A stretch of 51,693 nt of DNA from Isurus oxyrinchus (Eukaryota): assembly GCA_026770705.1 (NCBI GenBank), contig JANJGN010001723.1, positions 62,001-113,693 on the forward strand, written 5' to 3'. The notes beneath the pieces were generated by a model, which did no database searches, was not told the origin of the DNA, and saw nothing but the letters and a program-made list of their open reading frames with translations. Position 1 is the stretch's first letter; every line of letters starts with the position of its first letter. Below, piece by piece: positions 15,001-28,205 of this stretch. The translations under genes were made by a program, and so were the position numbers.

Positions 15001-18000
15001 GTAAAAGGTGACAGAGAGAGGGAGGGAGAGATGTACACAGAGAGAGATTAAAAGGTGACAGAGAGAGAGAGAGATGTACACAGAGAGTAAAAGGTGACAG
15101 AGAGAGAGAGAGAGAGAGATGTACAGAGAGAGAGATTAAAAGTTGACAGAGAGAGAGAGAGAGATGTACACAGAGAGAGTAAAATGTGACAGAGAGAGAG
15201 AGAGATGTACACAGAGAGAGAGTAAAAGGTGACAGAGAGAGAGAGAGATGTACACAGAGAGAGTGAAAGTTGACAGAGAGAGGGAGAGATGTACACAGAG
15301 AGTAAAAGGTGACAGAGAGAGAGAGGGAGAGATGTACAGAGAGAGTAAAAGGTGAAAGAGAGAGAGAGAGGGAGAGATGTACAGAGAGAGTAAAAGGTGA
15401 CAGAGAGAGAGAGAGATGTACAGAGAGAGAGTAAAAGGTGAAAGAGAGAGAGAGATGTACACAGAGAGAGTAAAAGGTGACAGAGAGAGGGAGAGATGTA
15501 CACAGAGAGTAAAAGTTGACAGAGAGGGGGAGAGATGTACACAGAGAGAGTAAAAGGTGACAGAGAGAGGGAGAGATGTACACAGAGAGTAAAAGGTGAC
15601 AGAGAGAGAGAGAGATGTACACAGACAGAGAGTAAAAGGTGACAGAGGGAGAGATGTGCACAGAGAGTAAAAGGTGACAGAGAGAGAGAGAGATGTACAC
15701 AGAGAGAGAGTAAAAGTTGACAGAGAGAGAGAGGGAGAGATGTACACAGAGAGAGTAAAAGGTGGCAGAGAGAGGGAGAGATGTACACAGAGAGAGTAAA
15801 AGGTGACAGAGAGAGAGAGAGGGAGAGATGTACAGAGAGAGTAAAAGGTGACAGAGAGAGGGAGGGAGAGATGTACACAGAGAGAGATTAAAAGGTGACA
15901 GAGAGAGAGAGAGATGTACACAGAGATTAAAAGGTGACAGAGAGAGAGAGAGAGAGAGATGTACAGAGAGAGAGATTAAAAGTTGACAGAGAGAGAGAGA
16001 GAGAGATGTACACAGAGAGAGTAAAATGTGACAGAGAGAGAGAGAGATGTACACAGAGAGAGAGTAAAAGGTGACAGAGAGAGAGAGAGATGTACACAGA
16101 GAGACTGAAAGGTGACAGAGAGAGGGAGAGATGTACACAGAGAGTAAAAGGTGACAGAGAGAGAGAGGGAGAGATGTACAGAGAGAGTAAAAGGTGAAAG
16201 AGAGAGAGAGAGGGAGAGATGTACAGAGAGAGTAAAAGGTGACAGAGAGAGAGAGAGATGTACAGAGAGAGAGTAAAAGGTGAAAGAGAGAGAGAGAGGG
16301 AGAGATGTACAGAGAGAGTAAAAGGTGACAGAGAGAGAGAGAGATGTACACAGAGAGAGTTAAATGTGACAGAGAGAGAGAGAGATGTACACAGAGAGAG
16401 AGTAAAAGGTGACAGAGAGAGAGAGAGATGTACACAGAGAGACTGAAAGGTGACAGAGAGAGGGAGAGATGTACACAGAGAGTAAAAGGTGACAGAGAGA
16501 GAGAGGGAGAGATGTACAGAGAGAGTAAAAGGTGAAAGAGAGAGAGAGAGGGAGAGATGTACAGAGAGAGTAAAAGGTGACAGAGAGAGAGAGAGATGTA
16601 CAGAGAGAGAGTAAAAGGTGAAAGAGAGAGAGAGAGGGAGAGATGTACAGAGAGAGTAAAAGGTGACAGAGAGAGAGAGAGATGTACAGAGAGAGAGTAA
16701 AAGGTGACAGAGAGAGAGAGGGAGAGATGTACACAGAGAGTAAAAGGTGACAGAGAGAGACAGGGAGAGATGTACACAGAGAGAGTAAAAGGTGACAGAG
16801 AGAGGGAGAGATGTACACAGAGAGAGTAAAAGGTGACAGAGAGAGAGAGAGGGAGAGATGTACAGAGAGAGAGTAAAAGGTGACAGAGAGAGAGGGGGAG
16901 ATGTACACAGAGAGAGTAAAAGGTGACAGAGAGAGAGAGAGATGTACAGAGAGAGAGTAAAAGGTGACCGAGAGAGAGTGAGAGATGTACACAGAGAGAG
17001 TAAAAGGTGACAGAGTGAGAGGGAGAGATGTACACAGAGAGAGAGTAAAAGGTGACAGAGAGAGAGAGAGAGATGTACACAGAGAGTAAAAGTTGACAGA
17101 GAGAGGGAGGGAGAGATGTACACAGAGAGAGTAAAAGGTGACAGAGAGAGGGAGAGATGTACACAGAGAGAGTAAAAGGTGACAGAGAGAGTGAGGGAGA
17201 GATGTACACAGAGAGAGTAAAAGGTGACAGAGAGAGAGAGGGAGAGATGTACACAGAGAGAGAGTAAAAGGTGACAGAGAGAAGGAGAGATGTACACAGA
17301 GAGTAAAAGGTGACAGAGAGAGAGAGGGAGAGATGTACACAGAGAGTAAAAGGTGACAGAGAGAGGGAGAGATGTACACAGAGAGTGAAAGGTGACAGAG
17401 AGAGGGAGGGAGAGATGTACACAGAGAGAGAGTAAAAGGTGTCAGAGAGAGGGAGAGATGTACACAGAGAGTAAAAGGTGACAGAGAGAGAGGGAGAGAT
17501 GTACACAGAGAGAGTAAAAGGTGACAGAGAGAGAGAAAGATGTACACAGAGAGAGTAAAAGGTGACAGAGAGAGAGATGGAGAGATGTACAGAGAGAGAG
17601 TAAAAGGTGACAGAGAGAGAGAGAGATGTACACAGAGAGAGAGTAAAAGGTGACAGAGAGAGAGAGAGATGTACACAGAGAGAGTTAAAGGTGACAGAGA
17701 GAGGGCAGATGTACACAGAGAGTAAAAGGTGACAGATAGAGAGAGGGAGAGATGTACACAGAGAGTAAAAGGTGACAGAGAGAGGGAGAGATGTACACAG
17801 AGAGTAAAAGGTGACAGAGAGAGGGAGAGATGTACAGAGAGAGAGTAAAAGGTGAAGAGAGAGGGAGAGATGTACACAGAGAGAGAGTAAAAGGTGAAAG
17901 AGAGAGAGAGTGGGAGAGATGTACACAGAGAGAGTAAAAAGTGACAGAGAGAGAGAGAGATGTACAGAGAGAGAGTAAAAGGTGACAGAGAGAGAGAGAG

Positions 18001-21000
18001 ATGTACAGAGAGAGAGTAATAGGTGAAAGAGAGAGGGAGAGATGTACACAGAGAGAGTAAAAGGTGACAGAGAGAGGGAGAGATGTACAGAGAGAGAGTA
18101 AAAGGTGACAGAGAGAGGGAGAGATGTACAGAGAGAGAGTAAAAGGTGACAGAGAGAGAGAGAGAGATATACACAGAGAGTAAAAGGTGACAGAGAGAGG
18201 GAGAGATGTACACAGAGAGTAAAAGGTGACAGAGAGAGAGAGTGATGTACAGAGAGAGAGTAAAAGGTGACAGAGAGAGAGGGAGAGATGTACACAGAGG
18301 GAGTAAAAGGTGACAGAGAGAGAGAGAGATGTACAGAGAGAGAGTAAAAGGTGACAGAGAGAGAGGGAGAGATGTACACAGAGAGAGTAAAAGGTGACAG
18401 AGAGAGAGGGAGAGATGTACACAGAGAGAGAGTAAAAGGTGAGCGAGAGAGAGAGGGAGGGATGTACACAGAGAGAGTAAAAGATGACAGAGAGAGGGAG
18501 AGATGTACACAGAGAGTAAAAGTTGACAGAGAGGGGGAGAGATGTACACAGAGAGAGTTAAAGGTGACAGAGTGAGAGAGAGATGTTCACAGAGAGTAAA
18601 AGGTGGCAGAGAGAGAGAGAGATGTACACAGACAGAGAGTAAAAGGTGACAGAGGGAGAGATGTACACAGAGAGTAAAAGGTGACAGAGAGAGAGAGAGA
18701 TGTACACAGAGAGAGAGTAAAAGTTGACAGAGAGAGAGAGGGAGAGATGTACACAGAGAGAGTAAAAGGTGACAGAGAGAGGGAGAGATGTACACAGAGA
18801 GAGTAAAAGGTGACAGAGAGAGAGAGAGGGAGAGATGTACAGAGAGAGTAAAAGGTGACAGAGAGAGGGAGGGAGAGATGTACACAGAGAGAGATTAAAA
18901 GGTGACAGAGAGAGAGAGAGATGTACACAGAGATTAAAAGGTGACAGAGAGAGAGAGAGAGATGTACAGAGAGAGAGATTAAAAGTTGACAGAGAGAGAG
19001 AGAGAGAGATGTACACAGAGAGAGTAAAATGTGACAGAGAGAGAGAGAGATGTACACAGAGAGAGAGTAAAAGGTGACAGAGAGAGAGAGAGATGTACAC
19101 AGAGAGACTGAAAGGTGACAGAGAGAGGGAGAGATGTACACAGAGAGTAAAAGGTGACAGAGAGAGAGAGGGAGAGATGTACAGAGAGAGTAAAAGGTGA
19201 AAGAGAGAGAGAGAGGGAGAGATGTACAGAGAGAGTAAAAGGTGACAGAGAGAGAGAGAGAGATGTACACAGAGAGAGTTAAAGGTGACAGAGAGAGGGA
19301 GAGATGTACACAGAGAGTAAAAGGTGACAGAGAGAGGGAGAGATGTACAGAGAGAGAGTAAAATGCGACAGAGAGAGAGAGATGTACACAGAGAGAGAGT
19401 AAATGGTGACAGAGAGAGGGAGAGATGTACACAGAGAGAGTAAAAGGTGACAGAGTGAGGGAGAGATGTACAGAGAGAGAGTAAAAGGTGACAGAGAGAG
19501 AGAGAGAGATATACACGGAGAGTAAAAGGTGACAGAGAGAGGGAGAGATGTACACAGAGAGTAAAAGGTGACAGAGAGAGAGAGAGATGTACAGAGAGAG
19601 AGTAAAAGGTGACAGAGAGAGAGAGGGAGAGATGTACACAGAGAGTAAAAGGTGACAGAGAGAGACAGGGAGAGATGTACACAGAGAGAGTAAAAGGTGA
19701 CAGAGAGAGGGAGAGATGTACACAGAGAGAGTAAAAGGTGACAGAGAGAGAGAGAGGGAGAGATGTACAGAGAGAGAGTAAAAGGTGACAGAGAGAGAGG
19801 GGGAGATGTACACAGAGAGAGTAAAAGGTGACAGAGAGAGAGAGAGATGTACAGAGAGAGAGTAAAAGGTGACCGAGAGAGAGTGAGAGATGTACACAGA
19901 GAGAGTAAAAGGTGACAGAGTGAGAGGGAGAGATGTACACAGAGAGAGAGTAAAAGGTGACAGAGAGAGAGAGAGAGATGTACACAGAGAGTAAAAGTTG
20001 ACAGAGAGAGGGAGAGATGTACAGAGAGAGAGTAAAAGGTGACAGAGAGAGAGAAGGAGAGATGTACACAGAGAGAGTAAAAGGTGACAGAGAGAGAGAG
20101 AGATGTACAGAGAGAGAGTAAAAGGTGACAGAGTGAGAGGGAGAGATGTACACAGAGAGAGTAAAAGGTGACAGAGTGAGAGGGAGAGATGTACACAGAG
20201 AGAGTAAAAGGTGACAGAGAGAGAGAGAGGGAGAGATGTACACAGAGAGTAAAAGGTGACAGAGAGAGGGAGGGAGAGATGTACACAGAGAGAGATTAAA
20301 AGGTGACAGAGAGAGAGAGAGATGTACACAGAGAGTAAAAGGTGACAGAGAGAGAGAGAGAGAGAGATGTACAGAGAGAGAGATTAAAAGTTGACAGAGA
20401 GAGAGAGAGAGATGTACACAGAGAGAGTAAAATGTGACAGAGAGAGAGAGAGATGTACACAGAGAGAGAGTAAAAGGTGACAGAGAGAGAGAGAGATGTA
20501 CACAGAGAGAGTGAAAGTTGACAGAGAGAGGGAGAGATGTACACAGAGAGTAAAAGGTGACAGAGAGAGAGAGGGAGAGATGTACAGAGAGAGTAAAAGG
20601 TGAAAGAGAGAGAGAGAGGGAGAGATGTACAGAGAGAGTAAAAGGTGACAGAGAGAGAGAGAGATGTACAGAGAGAGAGTAAAAGGTGAAAGAGAGAGAG
20701 AGATGTACACAGAGAGAGTAAAAGGTGACAGAGAGAGGGAGAGATGTACACAGAGAGTAAAAGTTGACAGAGAGGGGGAGAGATGTACACAGAGAGAGTA
20801 AAAGGTGACAGAGAGAGGGAGAGATGTACACAGAGAGTAAAAGGTGACAGAGAGAGAGAGAGATGTACACAGACAGAGAGTAAAAGGTGACAGAGGGAGA
20901 GATGTGCACAGAGAGTAAAAGGTGACAGAGAGAGAGAGAGATGTACACAGAGAGAGAGTAAAAGTTGACAGAGAGAGAGAGGGAGAGATGTACACAGAGA

Positions 21001-24000
21001 GAGTAAAAGGTGGCAGAGAGAGGGAGAGATGTACACAGAGAGAGTAAAAGGTGACAGAGAGAGAGAGAGGGAGAGATGTACAGAGAGAGTAAAAGGTGAC
21101 AGAGAGAGGGAGGGAGAGATGTACACAGAGAGAGATTAAAAGGTGACAGAGAGAGAGAGAGATGTACACAGAGATTAAAAGGTGACAGAGAGAGAGAGAG
21201 AGAGAGATGTACAGAGAGAGAGATTAAAAGTTGACAGAGAGAGAGAGAGAGAGATGTACACAGAGAGAGTAAAATGTGACAGAGAGAGAGAGAGATGTAC
21301 ACAGAGAGAGAGTAAAAGGTGACAGAGAGAGAGAGAGATGTACACAGAGAGACTGAAAGGTGACAGAGAGAGGGAGAGATGTACACAGAGAGTAAAAGGT
21401 GACAGAGAGAGAGAGGGAGAGATGTACAGAGAGAGTAAAAGGTGAAAGAGAGAGAGAGAGGGAGAGATGTACAGAGAGAGTAAAAGGTGACAGAGAGAGA
21501 GAGAGATGTACAGAGAGAGAGTAAAAGGTGAAAGAGAGAGAGAGAGGGAGAGATGTACAGAGAGAGTAAAAGGTGACAGAGAGAGAGAGAGATGTACACA
21601 GAGAGAGTTAAATGTGACAGAGAGAGAGAGAGATGTACACAGAGAGAGAGTAAAAGGTGACAGAGAGAGAGAGAGATGTACACAGAGAGACTGAAAGGTG
21701 ACAGAGAGAGGGAGAGATGTACACAGAGAGTAAAAGGTGACAGAGAGAGAGAGGGAGAGATGTACAGAGAGAGTAAAAGGTGAAAGAGAGAGAGAGAGGG
21801 AGAGATGTACAGAGAGAGTAAAAGGTGACAGAGAGAGAGAGAGATGTACAGAGAGAGAGTAAAAGGTGAAAGAGAGAGAGAGAGGGAGAGATGTACAGAG
21901 AGAGTAAAAGGTGACAGAGAGAGAGAGAGATGTACAGAGAGAGAGTAAAAGGTGACAGAGAGAGAGAGGGAGAGATGTACACAGAGAGTAAAAGGTGACA
22001 GAGAGAGACAGGGAGAGATGTACACAGAGAGAGTAAAAGGTGACAGAGAGAGGGAGAGATGTACACAGAGAGAGTAAAAGGTGACAGAGAGAGAGAGAGG
22101 GAGAGATGTACAGAGAGAGAGTAAAAGGTGACAGAGAGAGAGGGGGAGATGTACACAGAGAGAGTAAAAGGTGACAGAGAGAGAGAGAGATGTACAGAGA
22201 GAGAGTAAAAGGTGACCGAGAGAGAGTGAGAGATGTACACAGAGAGAGTAAAAGGTGACAGAGTGAGAGGGAGAGATGTACACAGAGAGAGAGTAAAAGG
22301 TGACAGAGAGAGAGAGAGAGATGTACACAGAGAGTAAAAGTTGACAGAGAGAGGGAGAGATGTACACAGAGAGTGTTAAAGGTGACAGAGAGAGAGAGAG
22401 ATGTACAGAGAGAGAGTAAAAGGTGACAGAGTGAGAGGGAGAGATGTACACAGAGAGAGTAAAAGGTGACAGAGTGAGAGGGAGAGATGTACACAGAGAG
22501 AGTAAAAGGTGACAGAGAGAGAGAGAGGGAGAGATGTACACAGAGAGTAAAAGGTGACAGAGAGAGGGAGGGAGAGATGTACACAGAGAGAGATTAAAAG
22601 GTGACAGAGAGAGAGAGAGATGTACACAGAGAGTAAAAGGTGACAGAGAGAGAGAGAGAGAGAGATGTACAGAGAGAGAGATTAAAAGTTGACAGAGAGA
22701 GAGAGAGAGAGATGTACACAGAGAGAGTAAAATGTGACAGAGAGAGAGAGAGATGTACACAGAGAGACAGTAAAAGGTGACAGAGAGAGAGAGAGATGTA
22801 CACAGAGAGAGTGAAAGTTGACAGAGAGAGGGAGAGATGTACACAGAGAGTAAAAGGTGACAGAGAGAGAGAGGGAGAGATGTACAGAGAGAGTAAAAGG
22901 TGAAAGAGAGAGAGAGAGGTAGAAATGTACAGAGAGAGTAAAAGGTGACAGAGAGAGAGAGAGATGTACAGCGAGAGAGTAAAAGGTGAAAGAGAGAGAG
23001 AGATGTACACAGAGAGAGAGTAAAAGGTGACAGAGAGAGAGAGAGATGTACACAGAGGGAGTTAAAGGTGACAGAGAGAGGGAGAGATGTACACAGAGAG
23101 TAAAAGGTGACAGAGAGAGGGAGAGATGTACAGAGAGAGAGTAAAATGTGACAGAGAGAGAGAGATGTACACAGAGAGAGAGTAAATGGTGACAGAGAGA
23201 GGGAGAGATGTACACAGAGAGAGTACAAGGTGACAGAGAGAGGGACAGATGTACACAGAGAGAGTAAAAGGTGACAGAGAGAGAGAGAGAGAGATGTACA
23301 GAGAGAGAGTAAAAGGTGACAGAGAGAGAGAGAGAGATATACACGGAGAGTAAAAGGTGACAGAGAGAGGGAGAGATGTACACAGAGAGTAAAAGGTGAC
23401 AGAGAGAGAGAGAGATGTACAGAGAGAGAGTAAAAGGTGACAGAGAGAGAGAGGGATAGATGTACACAGAGAGTAAAAGGTGACAGAGAGAGACAGGGAG
23501 AGATGTACACAGAGAGAGTAAAAGGTGACAGAGAGAGGGAGAGATGTACACAGAGAGAGTAAAAGGTGACAGAGAGAGAGAGAGGGAGAGATGTACACAG
23601 AGAGAGTAAAAGGTGACAGAGTGAGAGGGAGAGATGTACACAGAGAGAGAGTAAAAGGTGACAGAGAGAGAGAGAGAGATGTACACAGAGAGTAAAAGTT
23701 GACAGAGAGAGGGAGAGATGTACACAGAGAGTGTTAAAGGTGACAGAGAGAGAGAGAGATGTACAGAGAGAGAGTAAAAGGTGACAGAGTGAGAGGGAGA
23801 GATGTACACAGAGAGAGTAAAAGGTGACAGAGTGAGAGGGAGAGATGTACACAGAGAGAGTAAAAGGTGACAGAGAGAGGGAGAGATGTACACAGAGAGT
23901 AAAAGTTGACAGAGAGGGAGAGATGTACACAGAGAGAGTTAAAGGTGACAGAGAGAGAGAGAGATGTACACAGAGAGTAAAAGGTGACAGAGAGAGAGAG

Positions 24001-26058
24001 AGATGTGCACAGAGAGAGAGTAAAAGGTGACAGAGAGAGAGAGGGATGTACACAGAGAGAGAGTTTAAGGTGACAGAGGGAGAGATGTACACAGAGAGTA
24101 AAAGGTGAGAGAGAGAGAGAGAGAGATGTACACAGAGAGTTAAAGGTGACAGAGAGAGAGAGAGATGTACACAGAGAGAGAGTAAAAGGTGACAGAGAGA
24201 GAGAGGGAGAGATGTACACAGAGAGAGTAAAAGGTGGCAGAGAGAGAGAGAGAGAGATGTACACAGAGAGAGTAAAAGGTGACAGAGAGAGAGAGGGATG
24301 TACACAGAGAGAGAGTAAAAGGTGACAGAGGGAGAGATGTACACAGAGAGTAAAAGGTGACAGAGAGAGAGAGAGAGATGTACACAGAGAGTTAAAGGTG
24401 ACAGAGAGAGAGAGAGATGTACACAGAGAGAGAGTAAAAGGTGACAGAGAGAGAGAGGGAGAGATGTACACAGAGAGAGAGTAAAAGGTGACAGAGCGAG
24501 GGAGAGATGTACACAGAGAGAGAGTAAAAGGTGACAGAGAGAGGGAGAGATGTACACAGAGAGTAAAAGGTGACAGAGAGAGAGAGGGAGAGATGTACAG
24601 AGAGAGAGTAAATGGTGACAGAGAGAGGGAGAGATGTACACAGAGAGTAAGAGGTGACAGAGAGAGAGAGGGAGAGATGTACACAGAGAGAGAGTAAAAG
24701 GTGACAGAGAGAGAGAGGGAGAGATGTACACAGAGAGAGTAAAAGGTGACAGAGAGAGTGAGGGAGAGTTGTACACAGAGAGAGTAAAACGTGACAGAGA
24801 GAGAGAGGGAGAGATGTACACAGAGAGAGTAAAAGGTGACAGAGAGAGGGAGAGATGTACACAGAGAGTAAGAGGTGACAGAGAGAGAGAGGGAGAGATG
24901 TACACAGAGAGAGAGTAAAAGGTGACAGAGAGAGAGAGGGAGAGATGTACACAGAGAGAGTAAAAGGTGACAGAGAGAGTGAGGGAGAGATGTACACAGA
25001 GAGAGTAAAACGTGACAGAGAGAGAGAGGGAGAGATGTACACAGAGAGAGTAAAAGGTGACAGAGAGAGGGAGGGAGAGATGTACACAGAGAGAGTAAAA
25101 GGTGACAGAGAGAGGGAGAGATGTACACAGAGAGAGAGTAAAAGGTGACAGAGAGAAGGAGAGATGTACACAGAGAGTAAAAGGTGACAGAGAGAGAGAG
25201 GGAGAGATGTACACAGAGAGAGTAAAAGGTGACAGAGAGAGAGAGGGAGAGATGTACACAGAGAGAGAGTAAAAGGTGACAGAGAGAGGGAGAGATGTAC
25301 ACAGGGAGTAAAAGGTGACAGAGAGAGGGAGAGATGTACACAGAGAGTGAAAGGTGACAGAGAGAGGGAGGGAGAGATGTACACAGAGAGAGAGTAAAAG
25401 GTGTCAGAGAGAGGGAGAGATGTACACAGAGAGTAAAAGGTGACAGAGAGAGAGGGAGAGATGTACACAGAGAGTAAAAGGTGACAGAGAGAGGGAGAGA
25501 TGTACACAGAGAGTATAAGGTGACCGAGAGAGAGAGGGAGAGATGTACACAGAGAGTAAAAGGTGACAGAGAGAGGGAGAGATGTACACAGAGAGTAGAA
25601 GGTGACAGAGCGAGAGGGAGAGATGTACACAGAGAGAGTAAAAGGTGACAGAGAGAGAGAGGGAGAGATGTACACAGAGAGTAAAAGGTGACAGAGAGAG
25701 AGGGAGAGATGTACACAGAGAGTAAAAGGTGACAGAGAGAGAGAGGGAGAGATGTACACAGAGAGAGTAAAAGGTGACAGAGAGAGAGAGGGAGAGATGT
25801 TCACAGAGAGAGAGTAAACTGTAACAGAGAGAGGGAGAGATGTTCACAGAGAGAGAGTAAAAGGTGGCAGAGAGAGGGAGAGATGTACACAGAGAGTAAA
25901 AGGTGACAGAGAGAGAGAGAGATGTACACAGAGAGAGAGTAAAAGGTGACAGAGAGAGGGAGGGATGTACACACAGAGTAAAAGGTGACAGAGAGAGAGG
26001 GAGAGATGTACACAGAGAGAGTAAAATGTGACAGAGGGAGAGATGTACACAGAGAGAG
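1..26058. repeat. GA-rich ~40-bp satellite array, consensus GATGTACAC(AG)nTAAAAGGTGAC(AG)n(GG)AGA, more than 600 units, running off the 5' end of the window
   Basis: Two fixed cores (ATGTACAC and TAAAAGGTGAC) are separated by variable (AG)n tracts throughout. The array decays into unique GA-rich sequence at about 26060. Identical ORF translations recur at fixed offsets, showing higher-order duplication. Confidence 0.98.
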
Positions 26059-26538
26059 AAGGGGACAGTCAGAGCATGAGGCTGAATGTGACACTGTGAG
26101 AGACGGAAACTAGGAGACAGAGAGAGTGAGAGAAGGGGAGAGAGAGTAGGACAGATAACCAGTGTGAGAGAGCGAGATCGGGGGAGACTGAGACACAAGG
26201 AGTATAACTGTCCATGCTCGCAAACGTGAACAATTTATTCACCCAACCTGGAATGAAAAATTATTCTCGGTGGTGCTGATGGTGATTAGAGTGGTAAGTT
26301 ATTAGAATCCACCAGTGTCAGGAGCCTTGGCACTCGACTCTGGCCCAGGACTGATTCAGACCCACAGCGATGTGGTGTGTGCATTAACTGTCCTCTCATA
26401 GGGCAAAGCCAGACACTCGGCTCGATCCCAGAAGGCAGGGCAGGCTGCGAACGGGGCCGGGAGATGCTGGAGGCACTGTCATTGGGGCTGAATAGGCAAT
26501 GGAACTTGTCTTAATAACTCCCCTCTCCCCTAATCCAG

Positions 26539-26630
26539 AAGCGCTCCAGCCACCAGAAGTCTGTTATGTCTTGGATGCTGCCCTGTTCGTCTATGGAATT
26601 GTTTTAACTGCTCTCTACTGTCGTCTGAAG
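26539..26630 (+). CDS. fcer1g: Fc receptor common gamma chain (FcR-gamma)-like gene, extracellular/transmembrane exon: xALQPPEVCYVLDAALFVYGIVLTALYCRLK
   Basis: Acceptor ccctctcccctaatccag| and donor AAG|gtaagg; 92 bp, phase 1 to phase 0. The translation aligns by eye to human FCER1G [31 protein letters not shown], keeping the dimer Cys, transmembrane Asp and YCRLK. As I recall, the human exon has the same length and phases. Confidence 0.93.
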
Positions 26631-26640
26631 GTAAGGGCTA

Positions 26641-27460
26641 GAGGGGTTACTGAGTGACAGTGTGAGCGAGCTGGATTAACATCAGTAGAGATACAGTCAG
26701 TAACACAGGGTGCTGGGGGAGAGGGATTACTGAGTGACAGTGTGAGGGAGTTGGATTAACATCAGTAGAGATACAGTCAGTAACACAGTGTGCTGGGGGG
26801 AGAGGGGTTACTGAGTGACAGTGTGAGGGAGCTGGATTAACATCAGTAGAGATACAGTCAGTAACACAGGGCGCTGGGGGGAGAGGGGTTACTGAGTGAC
26901 ATTGTGAGGGAGCTGGATTAACATCAATAGAGATACAGTCAGTAACACAGGGTGCTGGGGGAGAGGGGTTACTGAGTGACAGTGTGAGGGAGCTGGATTA
27001 ACATCAGTAGAGATACAGTCATTAACACAGGGTGCTGGGGGGAGAGGGGTTACTGAGTGACAGTGTGAGGAAGCTGGATTAACATCAGTAGAGATACAGT
27101 CAGTAACACAGGGTGCTGGGGGGAGAGGGGTTACTGAGTGACACTGTGAGGGAGCTGGATTAACATCAGTAGAGATACAGTCAGTAACACAGGGTGCTGG
27201 GGGGAGAGGGGTTACTGAGTGACAGTGTGAGGGAGCTGGATTAACATCAGTAGAGATACAGTCAGTAATACAAGGTGCTGGGGGGAGAGGGTTTACTGAG
27301 TGACAGTGTGAGGGAGCTGGATTAACATCATAGAGATACAGTCAGTAACACAGTGTGCTGGGGGAGAGGGGTTACTGAGTGACAGTGTGAGGGTGCTGGA
27401 TTAACATCAGTAGAGATACAGTCAGTAACACAGGGTGCTGGGGGGGGCGGGGTTAACATC
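26641..27460. repeat. 80/81-bp minisatellite, about 10 copies, intronic
   Basis: Unit GAGGGGTTACTGAGTGACAGTGTGAGGGAGCTGGATTAACATCAGTAGAGATACAGTCAGTAACACAGGGTGCTGGGGGGA starts at 26641, 26721, 26802, 26883 and onward. It begins 10 nt after the exon donor. Confidence 0.95.
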
Positions 27461-27710
27461 AGTGGGATTCAGTAGGCGCTCTCCGCTGTTTGGGAGTGAG
27501 GGCACCCCCGAATTTTGGAGATAATTCAGAGCAGGTTTGCCAAGACTCAGCTTGAAGCCACTAGATCAACGGGGGGGGGGGTGGTGGGTGAGGGTGGGGC
27601 GGAGAACGTGTGTCTTTTGAAAAAGAGTTCGGAGAAGGGATGGAGGAGAGAGAGGGTTTGTGCCTCACGCGCTGACCTTGACTCATTCTTTTCTCTTACA
27701 TCTTATTCAG

Positions 27711-27755
27711 TTACAGATGCGTAAGAAAGCTTCTGGCCAACCCTCCGTGTATGAG
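27711..27755 (+). CDS. fcer1g: FcR-gamma-like cytoplasmic exon LQMRKKASGQPSVYE, containing the first ITAM tyrosine
   Basis: Branch-like CTGAC and pyrimidine tract ending ...tcttattcag|; donor GAG|gtatgg; 45 bp, phase 0/0. It resembles human IQVRKA... and continues the frame of the transmembrane exon. Confidence 0.88.
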
Positions 27756-27889
27756 GTATGGAAAGTCCGATGCTTTGTTTGGGGGGGGGGTGGGGGAGGG
27801 GATGGAGGGTTTGGTGGGGGAGTGCGAGGATTCGGACTCTGTGTTGTAGAGGTGACTCGAAGTTCCAATATCGGGATACAGGCAAGAAA

Positions 27890-28196
27890 CTGACCAATGC
27901 CTGTCACCGGCAGCAATACTACCACTCTCCACGTCCCAGATACAAACATCCCTCCCCTCAATTCAAATCCGCACTCCCCGTGCAACGTAACATCTGACGC
28001 TGGGTGAAGACATCTGCCCTGGTCCTCGTCGGGCCCTCCTGGTCCTTTACCCTGATTCTCCTCAACCTGTGACCCACTGGTCACCGACCCTCCTACCACG
28101 GGGGACCGCTTCTCCACCTGCAATCCATGGAAACTCTCCCACCTTTAAAACGACTTGATTGAATCCCCTCTCAATCTCCCCTGCTCCAGGAGAGAA
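27890..28196 (-). mobile_element. Old, diverged CR1-type LINE 3' fragment (antisense)
   Basis: Motifs ctgggtgaaga...aacctgtgacccactggt...gaatcccctctcaatctcccctgctccaggagagaa resemble the reverse complement of vertebrate CR1 ORF2 3' ends. Recognised by eye only. Confidence 0.5.
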
Positions 28197-28205
28197 GGCA
28201 CCATT

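Noticed and set aside
756-26198. Very long Ser/Leu/Cys-rich minus-strand ORFs (up to 2233 aa) and short Arg/Glu-rich plus-strand ORFs
   Set aside because: They are translations of a satellite whose minus strand lacks stops in all three frames. Unit-length variation does not preserve frame and there is no domain content.
26253-26299. Strong donor-like GTG|GTAAGT at 26294 after a hydrophobic stretch (KLFSVVLMVIRV), as a possible FcR-gamma leader exon
   Set aside because: The hydrophobic frame is phase 0 but the next exon needs phase 1. The phase-1 frame has TAG at 26287-26289, and the ATG at 26253 hits TGA after 8 codons.
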